From: Ascoidea asiatica JCM 7603
Lineage: Eukaryota > Fungi > Ascomycota
DNA: 46,502 nt
Direction of reading: 5' to 3'
Assembly (NCBI GenBank): GCA_001600695.1
Contig: BCKQ01000014.1
Coordinates: 1-46,502 of the forward strand
The notes beneath the pieces are model-generated. The model did not search any database. It saw only the letters and a program-made list of their open reading frames with translations, and was not told the DNA's origin. Positions 36,773 through 46,502 of the stretch are shown one piece after another. Numbering within the stretch: position 1 is the first letter of the stretch; each line of letters opens with the position of its first letter. The position numbers and the translations under genes are program-made.

Positions 36773-38843
36773 TGTGTGCAAAGCGCAAGTTGCCAAACTA
36801 TGCAGCATGTGTACCAAATACCCAAATAGGTGCTACCGCAACTCAAAGCAGAGCAGTATTCATACTAATACCTAATTAAGCATAGCTACAAACTTAAACT
36901 TAGTTGCTTTGACTCCTTTTGAATCTAAGAAAAAATGTATGGTTGTTACCTAGCTTACCCTGGTAGTAGACATTCAATATTTGTACGCGAAATCAAATAT
37001 TTGAAAAAGGATCGGACAATCCTTGAAGAAATTCAGTTTTTCAGGTTTTTCCAGCACACTTTGAAGATCATAACTATCAATCACATTAGCTTTAATTAGC
37101 TAGATCTCAAGGTATTTTTTCTAATTGGAAAATTCGCGTGAATAAGAACCATTTTGTCTATATTTAGAAAAACAATAGAAGTAATTAAGAAATTTAGCCT
37201 GTAATGTGAGAACAGAAAAAAAAAATTTTTAGCTGGTGATTACCTGTATGTGGAATGAGTGCGGGACAGTACCTAAATTAAAATACGGTGGGCGGGATTT
37301 CTTTAACTTCTAATAAATAAAATAAGCATAAAATAATTATAGCCTTTAAATTGTATAACTAGCTGCTTGAACCAGATAAAGCTTTGTTATTTATAATATT
37401 ATACAATCTTTAATACCTCTTTATGTTAACATTCAATCAGCAAGGCTTGCAATTTAAGCAAGGGGTGAACCGCACGTGATTAGTTCAGTAGAAACCCAGC
37501 AAGCGGTTTGAAGGTGTATCCAGAAATTAAAAGCCGCTTTATATTACATTTGTTATGGTTAAAAATGCAGCAATTTAAGATAAAGATAAATGACGCCGGA
37601 ATGCATAATTCATCAATATGCATGTAAAAAGGTGTTAGGCAAAAGTACTTAAATGTAGACTTTTTTACGCGTGCGTTTATGTGATTTTCATCGATAGTGG
37701 CTGATTTTATGGTGGAGGTTCAAGTAAAACAGCAAAAGCAGCAAAAACTACAGGAAAAGTAGAAATAACAGGAAAAAAGAAATGATAAACACAACGAAAA
37801 CAATAGAAACATCAGGAAGAAAGACAGAAGGAAAAAAAAATTCGAGTGGATCTTGATATTCAGAATAATAACATACTCCTGTTAGACCATTTAAGTTAAT
37901 GACAGATAATTTTTTAATACTAGAAAAAATGTTTTACAATTCGAAATTCTCAATTCAAAACATGTTATTTTTCAAAAATGGGTCTGAAATTTGAGATCTT
38001 ATAATATTTTCTGAAAAATTTGACCTATTTAGAAATACTACTACTTAAATTTCTAGTGAAAATTAATCGAATTTATATTGGTTAAAAATTTTTAAAAAAT
38101 TATTCGATAGAAAGTCTTTAAGTCCTTGTCAAGATATAATTTCCACATTTTTGAATTGAATTTTCGATAATATTCAATTTCTCTTTAATTTTTTCGAAAA
38201 TAATTATTATAGATAGGAATACCTGTAATTTTTTTTTCTGTAAGAACACAATCTAAATAATATATATTCTTCTTTTCTTATTAATAGTCAATTTTTTTAT
38301 ATCAATTATCTGATTACTTCCTACTTTTCATTTAAGTGGTAACTTATTCAAATCACTATAATTAGTATATATTTAAATACAATTTCTCCTAATTTTTCAA
38401 TTTATAAGTTTTTGGGTTTATTTTCTTCATTAATTGCAATTTTATTAATTCAGAAAGATATTATTACGTTGTTTTCTTTCCTTTATATACCTATTTATTT
38501 CACTTGGTTACTCTCTTTTTAATCAATTTTCAGGTATTTAGTTCTTTTATCATTTTAAATTTTTCAGCTTATTTAAAACATATCCTTTCTCGTTATTTCT
38601 TTTATTTTGTTTTTAATTTTGTTCAGATTTTCAATTCCCATAAATATTCGAACAACAAGTTAACCTCGATTCAATTCTATTCAATTCTGTTCAATTTTTT
38701 TTATTTTAGTCAATTTAACTAGAATTTATTCTACTCTTTTTTACTTATATTCATTTCAATTTGATCTAATTTCCTATTAAGAATCTGATCTAAACCCGTC
38801 TTAAAGACCTTATCAATATTCAAGAAAAAAAATTACATTAAAA

Positions 38844-40811
38844 ATGATTAACAGCTCTTTTAAAAAGAAAAATCAACAACCACATAATGATAATGATAAT
38901 GTCTCTGATCATTCAGTTCAACTTCAAAGAAGAAACTCGTTTAGCTCTTATTATCAATTCAATCCTACTTTATCAAATTCGGATATGGATGCTACAAGTA
39001 TTCAAGATCAAAACATTTCCATAAATAAAAAAAATCAATCAAATAGAAGAAATTCAGTAAAAAAATCCAGCATAAATCAAAAATCAAATCAATTGAATAA
39101 TGGTTTAAATAGTGATACAATAACTAATTCATCTGGAACGACTGAAAGAAATGGTAGCGATAATGATTCGATAGACACAACATCAACTGCTTCAACTTTA
39201 TACAGACAAGTATCTTATGAATTACATCAGGTCACTTCAAATCAAAACTTAGCTATAACAGAAGGTCATAAATTAATTCATACTTTGCGATATTATGATC
39301 TTGTTGCTCTATCATTTTCAGGAACCGTCGGTTCAGGTATAACGATTATGGTTGGAACTTCTCTAGTAACTGGTGGACCAGGAACCTTATTAATCACTTT
39401 CTTAATAGGTGTAGCAGTAATGGCTGTAGTTTTGGCTTCTTTATGTGAAATGGCAACTTATATTCCTTTACCTGATGGATTTGCCGGTTATTCATCCAGA
39501 TATGTGGATAAAGCTTTTGGGTTTGCAACTGGTTATACATTTTTATTTAAATATTTAATTTTAAGTCCTTCTCAAATGTCTGCTGCTTCATCAGCTATAG
39601 CCTATTGGATTGATAGAGATACAGTTAATCCTGCAGTCTGGATTACTATTTTTATTATTCTTGATGTAACTGCAAATTATTTGACTGTTAATTCATATGC
39701 TGCATTTATTAGAATTGTTGCTAGCTTTAAGATTCTTGTTTTAGTAGGAACTGCAATTTTTTGCTTTATATTAGCATTAGGAGGAGGTCCAAATCATGAA
39801 AGAACAGGCTTTAAATATTGGGATGAGCCTGGTGCCTTTGCTCCTTATAAGACTATTCCTGGAAACAAAGGTAAAGTTGCAGCATTTTTTGCATCTTTCC
39901 AACCAATAATTATTTGTTTGTTTGGGTTTGAGTTATATGGTATTGCATTAGGAGAAGCTGCATCACCTATTAGAAAAAATATCATAAAAGCAAATAAAGT
40001 GATTTTTTGTACTATCGCTCCTTTATTTATTATTCTAGTTATTGTTATTGGAATGTGTATTCCATACAATAATGCTTTACTTAAGACTTCTGTCAGTATA
40101 TCCAGTGGTAATGCAACATCTTCCCCTTATGTTGTGGCAATGAAAAATGCAAGTATTCCCATATTACCCCATATATTCAATTCTTGTATATTATTTTTTG
40201 TTTTTGCTTCTTCTAATACAGAATTATATGTGGCTGTCAGAGCTCTATATGGATTAGCTGTATCCGGAATGGCTCCCAAAGTATTCTCAATCACTAATAA
40301 AAAAGGTGTTCCTTATTATTCATTGATATTTTGTGGTGCATTTTCGATTTTAGGTTACATGAACTCGAATGCTTCGTCAAGAATAATTTATCAATATTTT
40401 GTAAATGTTGTTACAATGTTTGTTTTATGTAACTATTTTTCTATATTGTTATGCCATATTCGATTTACAAGAGCTATAAAAGCTCAAGGTATTGAGAGAA
40501 AAAGTGAAATGTATTTTGTTGCTCCATTTGCTCCATATAGTACTTATGCTGCATTGACTTTTATATGCTGTTTATCTCTTATAAAAAATTATTCTGTTTT
40601 CCTAGATTATAGTATTGGAAAAGATTTTGATTATAAAACATTTATTAGTGCTTATATTGGAATTCCAATTTTTATTATTTTATATTTTGGTTATAAATTT
40701 TATTTCAGAATTGAAACTATTCCCATAGAAGATATCGACTTATTTTCTTACAAGGATGTAATTGATGCAGAAGAAGAAGAAGCTTTAAGAAATACTACTA
40801 CAAAGGTGTAA
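38844..40811 (+). CDS. Yeast amino-acid permease (APC/YAT family), divergent Dip5-like
   Basis: EMATYIPLPDGFAGYSSRYVD.AFGFA.GY, VNPAVWITIF, GGGPNHERTGFKYW..PGAF, YFVNVV, FDYKTFISAYIGIP. Confidence 0.9.
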   Translation: MINSSFKKKNQQPHNDNDNVSDHSVQLQRRNSFSSYYQFNPTLSNSDMDATSIQDQNISINKKNQSNRRNSVKKSSINQKSNQLNNGLNSDTITNSSGTTERNGSDNDSIDTTSTASTLYRQVSYELHQVTSNQNLAITEGHKLIHTLRYYDLVALSFSGTVGSGITIMVGTSLVTGGPGTLLITFLIGVAVMAVVLASLCEMATYIPLPDGFAGYSSRYVDKAFGFATGYTFLFKYLILSPSQMSAASSAIAYWIDRDTVNPAVWITIFIILDVTANYLTVNSYAAFIRIVASFKILVLVGTAIFCFILALGGGPNHERTGFKYWDEPGAFAPYKTIPGNKGKVAAFFASFQPIIICLFGFELYGIALGEAASPIRKNIIKANKVIFCTIAPLFIILVIVIGMCIPYNNALLKTSVSISSGNATSSPYVVAMKNASIPILPHIFNSCILFFVFASSNTELYVAVRALYGLAVSGMAPKVFSITNKKGVPYYSLIFCGAFSILGYMNSNASSRIIYQYFVNVVTMFVLCNYFSILLCHIRFTRAIKAQGIERKSEMYFVAPFAPYSTYAALTFICCLSLIKNYSVFLDYSIGKDFDYKTFISAYIGIPIFIILYFGYKFYFRIETIPIEDIDLFSYKDVIDAEEEEALRNTTTKV

Positions 40812-41666
40812 CGTTTTCAAGTCAAAAATTTTTACCCTTTCAAGAAGAACAAAACTTTAATTCTCTTTTATCTACATATTATAAATTTTTTACTTTTTAG
40901 CTTTACTTATTTTTTCGACCTTCTTTATAACACAACTCTTGCTTTGTCTTTCATTATTTCCCTCTTGACCACATTCTTTCTTCGCTTACTAACCAATATT
41001 GCCTTTTGATATTTTATATTAATAAACAATAAAGTATAAACTACAATTTTCTATCAATAATAATTTGAATATAAGATACTTCTATAGGAACTCTGAAATG
41101 AGCTTTTATAATGCACTTTTTCCTCTAATTATGTTGAAACTTTGAAGCCGCAATAAAGTTTTTTTTCAAAAAAAAAAAAAACAATTTATTCAATAATACT
41201 CACAAAAGATCATAAGGAAGCATTTAGAGTATTATATTTAAAAGGCACGTTGAATGAGATTATTTAATTAACTTAGTATTTTATTGATATTCAGCGTTTC
41301 AATGATAAGCTTACTTTCATATACTCTCTTATAAAAATAACCTCAAAAACTTTTTTTCAAATTACTGAAAAAAAAAAGTTTTCTTTACTACATTGTAATG
41401 ATCTCAGTCTTGGAAAATAAAAGCTTTGATTGTTTAAATCAATATTCTATTTGTAAAAATTTATTAAAGTTTTGATATAATGAACTATTCTTTATTAAAT
41501 TCTTTCTCTTTTCTGCTTTTCAGAAAAAATTTTCTAGTTTTTCTCGTTGCTAAAGTGAAAGAAATTTTAGTTCATTATGACTTTTAACACACATAAACCA
41601 AACCATTCATATAAATATTTAACACGTTTTATTCTCTGCCTAGTCTAGTGAAAGACTAAAAATGAA

Positions 41667-44545
41667 CTACTCTTGGAATATATTAAGAAAATTAGCTGAA
41701 TCATTCTGATTGAAATCAAAGTATATTTCAGGTAAATTTGTGAAAAAGTCATTCCAAGTATTTTCGGATTGAAGATTTTTAAATAAAGAGTCATCAAGAT
41801 TTTCCAAATTTATTAAAGGGGTATTCGTTGAACTAGAAGATGAAGGAAAATTATTATTTCGATTAATTGTATCATTTAGTGTCATGTTATTTGTAAAAGG
41901 ATAATTATAATTTTGATTAAAAGGTTTTGACTTTTCATTAGAATTAATAACTTCTTCTAAAGTTATCGTATTATTTAGAAAGGTATGAATTTTTTGATTA
42001 TAATTATCAATTTCAACAGAAGGCTCAATATCAATAATATTTTCATCCTCAGATAATTCAATACTATTACTATCATCAATGGACAAATCATCAATTGAAG
42101 AAAGACCTAACTCCTTTTCTTTATAAAAGTAAAGATTAATTAATATATCTGTTTCTTTATCATTATTATAATATTGAAAAATTTTTATTGCAAGTTTTAC
42201 TAATTCTGCAATAACAATAGATAATTTTTTATAATAATCATTAATTGATTCATCATTTGGATCACCGAATCGAGCTAAATATGCTAATGTTGTTTTGATT
42301 AAAAGTTGAAGATCATAGGCTGAAATTGATGTAGAAGGATTTTCCACTAAATAAGTTAATAAAGATTCGAAACCTAAAGAGGGATACCAAAATAGCCAAT
42401 TAATCATCATTGTTGGAATATCATCATGTTCTGAGAAAAGAATCATATTCAATTTTAATAAATCTCTTGTTGCTTGAATCCCTTTGAATTTAGATTTATC
42501 TAATTTTTTATAAAATTCATTATTTTGATAATTTTTGGATGAATTTCTAAATCTTTTAAGAAAATTATTATTAAATCTATTTATTAACATACAAGTATAA
42601 AAAAATTTAAATTTTAAATCAATGATAAAATAAAATTTTTCCTGAAATATATATTTATTATTTGAGAAACCATATTTAGAAATTGAATCATCATTTAGAA
42701 TATAATTTTGTTTTAAAAAATCAGGTAAATTATTTTGCCAATCATCTAGCATTTGATTTAAATTTTCAATTGAACTAGCAATGTTTTCATCAGATTTATT
42801 TTTGAAAGAATTTGCAGAATATAAATTTGAATAAGCAATTGAATTTATTTCAGAAAGTTTTAATTGATAATAAAAAAGAGTAATAGATAAACCTTCATTA
42901 TTTTTTTTTGAAAGTGATGATAAAATTTTTTTAACGTGATTATTTGAAATATAATTATCAAGAAACTTATTTTGATAAAAGAAAGTTATTAAATTTTGAA
43001 AAGATTTATTATTAATTGAAGTTGAATCAAGTTGATTAATTGATTGTGGTTTAAAGATTTTCATATTATTATCATAAATGAATAGATTAAACCAAACAAT
43101 TTTTTTATCAATATAATCAGCAATTGATAAATTTTTATAAGATTCTTCTCTATTTAAAGATAAATCATAAGCTAATCTAATTGCAGTTGATAATAATAAA
43201 TTATTTGCACCAGTTGATTGATTCATATCAGAAAAATATAATAGTAAAATTATACCTTTGATTGCTTTTAAACCATCACCATTGACAGAAATTTTATGAA
43301 AATAATATATTGATAATTTATAATGATTAAACATTAAATTTTGAAAAAAAGATAAAGTTGAATTTAAATTTGAATCTATATTTAAATTTAAATCAGAATC
43401 TAAATTATATAAAGATAATAAATTTTTAAAAATTTTTTTTTTTAAAATTGAATTTGATTTTAAAAATTCACAAGCTATTAAAGAAAATAAAGTAATTGAA
43501 GAATGAATTAATAAGAAATCACCATATGATAAATTTGAATTTATATTTAAATTTTTTTTATCTAAATTATTTAATTTTTTTAATCTATTTGATTTTTTTA
43601 AATTCATAAAATTAAAATAAGATTGAAATAAATTAATAATTTGGGATTTATTTAAAATATTAAAATTTATGAAAAAAGTAAAATTAAAAAGATCTAAAAA
43701 AAATTTAATTAACTCAATTTTTGGAAAATTTTTAATTAAAATTTGAATATTATAATTGAATAAAGAGTTATTTATAATTAACCAAGATTTTGATTGAGAA
43801 ATATTTAAAATTTTTGAATGATTTTTAATATTTTTTAAATTTTTTTTTAATTTAGATTGAATATTTAAATTTAATGGAGATAATTTTTCTTCAAAAGATT
43901 TTTTAATTTGAGGTAAATTATTTGAGAAATTTATAGTTTTATTATCTATGATGGTAGTTGTGGTAGTGGTAGTTGTTGTTGTATTAAAAGTTGTATTATT
44001 ATTTGAATTATGAAAATTATTCAAAGTTAATAAATCATCAGAATTATAAAAATTAGAATTTTTAATTGAATCATTTTTCAATAAAATTTTTAAAATTTTA
44101 TTAATTGAATCAAACTTTTGATTAATTTGATTCAAATTAAGTTTAGTAAACTTATCTTGGTCTTGATCTTTATCTTGATCATGCTCATTATTATTATTAT
44201 TATCATTATTTTTATTATTATTATCTTGGATTTTATTTCGATGATGGTTTTCATTTTGAATACTCTTTTGAGTAATATTTTGATTATTCTGTTGATCTTG
44301 ATGTTGAATTTGAATGTATTTCAATTTCTTTTTTGATAAAAAAGAATAATTACAAATTAAATCATGTTCTTTACAATTTTTACAAGAAGGTAAACCATCA
44401 CATTTAATTTTTCTTTTTCTACAATATAAACAAGCTTTTGAAACTCTTTGTCTTTTTTTTATTGGATTAATTGAATTGATTGAGTTATTTGAATTATTTG
44501 AATCTGAGATAATATTATCGAATAATGGAGATGAAGTATTGACAT
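41667..44545 (-). CDS. Zn2Cys6 transcription factor with fungal-TF middle region; apparent 1-bp frameshift near the ATG
   Basis: RVSKACLYCRKRKIKCDGLPSCKNCKEHDLIC at 44432-44352 is in frame with the 885-aa ORF. LLSTAIRLAYDLSLNRE motif. The ATG at 44545 is out of frame by one base. Confidence 0.8.
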
Positions 44546-44810
44546 TATAATTTCAATTGCAGATTATTTGAAGAACTAAAGATTTGAAGAATTGAAGTGA
44601 AAAAGAGTATTGCAACATTTTGAAAACAGTGGAAATACACCTTTATTTATATTTTCAGTGTTAGCGCTGATACCTTTGAATTAGCCAAGGAGCCAAGAAA
44701 GAAAGCTAATAGAAGAAGAAGAAAGAGAAGAAGCAAAAGAAGCAGAATTAACAACAGCTGAAGAGGAGGAGAACTCAGAACAGACGGACCGTTGCTGCAC
44801 TGCTCACTAC

Positions 44811-45300
44811 TGATTGTAGTTCGAACGAAATATCTAATTATTACTAAGAAGATATCTAATTCAAATTATAAACAATTGTTAATTAAAATATAAAATATAT
44901 AAAAATTATATAAAAAATATGGGAGGTAAGTGCCCTGTTTATATTAGTGGAAAATAGGAGCGGGTAACCCATCTTAACAATAAATTTGTAAATTTAGTAT
45001 GTGAAAGTTCACTTCCCATACTTAAGAAAAGAAATAAAATAAAGTATTGTTCTAGAAGACACTACGTCATTCTAAGAACAAACACGAAGATTCCAGTACA
45101 TTCGAGATGCACACAGAACTTCGAAGAAAGAATAAATAATGCAGACCCAGAACGTTCTAGTACATTTAACATGCACACGAAAGTTCTGAGAACGCAATAG
45201 AATGTATTCGTAGAACAATCTATGCAGTCTTAAACAGTCTAAGAGTAGCCTAGAGTATTCAAAGACAATTCCAATAAAAAACTAAAATGATTAACAATCA
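44811..45300 (-). mobile_element. 3' LTR (490 bp) of a Ty3/gypsy element
   Basis: TG...CA ends with a 7-bp inverted repeat TGATTGT/ACAATCA. Directly preceded on the minus strand by a G-rich tract. Minus-strand TATAAA at 44943-44938. Confidence 0.75.
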
Positions 45301-45315
45301 AATAGCCCCACGCTT
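45301..45315 (-). other. Polypurine-tract-like plus-strand priming site
   Basis: Minus strand AAGCGTGGGGCTATT lies directly before the LTR TG. It is not purely purine. Confidence 0.55.
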
Positions 45316-45406
45316 ACAAATCGAAGGCCCTTGAGATTTTAGTTAATTTTGATCTATCACCATTTAGTAATTTTTGAGAATGATTGAAAATGTTTTTAAT
45401 TAGATG

Positions 45407-46502
45407 CTAATTGTCAGTCAAAGCAGAAAATAATCTATTATCATTTTCTTTCTTTTTAATATCAGCACCGTTTAAAGTAGAAGGTTTGTAAACATTATTA
45501 TCAAAAACCTTTTTCACAATATGTGGACTATCATAATATGGTTCTAATTTGTGTTTCTAAGTCTTCGTCTTAAAACATAATCACCTACTTCAAAAAACTT
45601 TTAATGACTGCTTTGTCTTCTTGAATGTACTTTTTGTTATTTTCAGTGTTCCAATTAATTTTGGAATGTTCTTTTCTTTTTTTATTTAGCTTTTAAATTA
45701 GTAAGACTCTCAATTTAGTAGCGTCTTGATCCTCGACATCTGTAGGCGGTCTTGCATAAGGTTGCATATTATTGCTTGAACCTGAATATACACCAAAAGC
45801 TAAAAAGTAAGGTGAAACCCCATATTTTGACTTTCGTGACCCGTATCGAATTACTACATCATTGATAAGGAGGTCCCATTCTTACGAAACTTTCAAAGGA
45901 AATAACATTCGTTTGAGCAAACCATTAAACTTCTCACATTTACCATTAGTCTCTGCGTGATATGGAGTAGTTTTGCGACATTTTATTCCTAAGGAATCTA
46001 ATTTCTCAATAACATTATTTGCAACAAAACCAGAATCATTATCCATAATTATTGCTTTCATTGGACCATGGTTAGTGACGATAGTTTGAATTAAATTTAA
46101 AACATGTAACGAGCCAGTATCTGGTGTTGAAACAGCATAAGCATAATCTGTACCATAATCAATTGCAGTGATACAAAATTTATTTCCAGATGAAGTTTTT
46201 TGAAAAGGACCAATATAATCCATCTCCCGTCTTGAGAAGGCTGTTGCAGAATGAATTGGAGTTAATGTCTTAGAAATAGCTGATGGCCTTTTCATAAGCT
46301 GACAATGAGGACAAACTCTAATAACTTCTTGAAATAATAGAATACTATCAGGATGAAAGAATCTTTCATCCTGATGGAAAGTATTTTTGATCTACCATGT
46401 TTTCTAGATTTCCAATGGAACAGTGAGCATTTGAAAGATGAACTTTTTCAGAGACTTCCTTAAACTTCTCTTCACTTAAAACAATAGCTAAACGATCTTT
46501 AA
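45407..46502 (-). pseudogene. Ty3/gypsy pol remnant: integrase (HHCC, DDE core, GPY/F-like tail)
   Basis: VHLSNAH...CPHC, MDYIGPF, AIDY, MDNDSGF, TTPYHAETNGKCEKFNG, SPYFLAFG, FEVGDYVL, KLEPYYDSPH.V. Several stops and frameshifts; runs off the window. Confidence 0.92.

Noticed and set aside
44118-44336. Ile/Leu-rich ORF and similar short ORFs nested in long genes
   Set aside because: Antisense or alternate-frame by-products of Asn/Asp-rich coding sequence.
44659-44979. Alternative LTR bounded by TGTTA...TAACA
   Set aside because: No target-site duplication or adjacent PPT. The 44811-45300 boundaries have a longer inverted repeat and an adjacent PPT-like tract.

Overview
Very AT-rich eukaryotic DNA from a budding yeast (Saccharomycotina), judged from intron-poor genes, poly-Asn tracts and yeast-type orthologues. 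An Ascoidea-like lineage is a guess only. Recognisable genes: GLC3, an SREBP-like bHLH factor (Cph2/Hms1 type) with a pure (AAT)65 tract, TFG1, TIM10, a stand-alone eEF1B-gamma-type GST domain, a mitochondrial Trm61-like tRNA methyltransferase, an Fe(II)/2OG dioxygenase, an ACS-family MFS permease divergent from an FAD monooxygenase, a divergent Dip5-like permease and a Zn2Cys6 factor. The left edge holds a GH115 alpha-glucuronidase pseudogene abutting a 17-bp tandem repeat. The right edge holds a decayed Ty3/gypsy element (integrase, PPT, 490-bp LTR). Best leads: (1) a candidate GATA-regulated uptake-and-oxidation module; (2) a highly degenerate Fhl1-like FHA+forkhead protein; (3) a Zn-cluster gene whose natural ATG is out of frame, downstream of an LTR rich in heat-shock-element-like motifs; (4) the edge repeat, possibly telomeric, at the GH115 truncation. 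All family calls come from motif recognition by eye; no searches were run.
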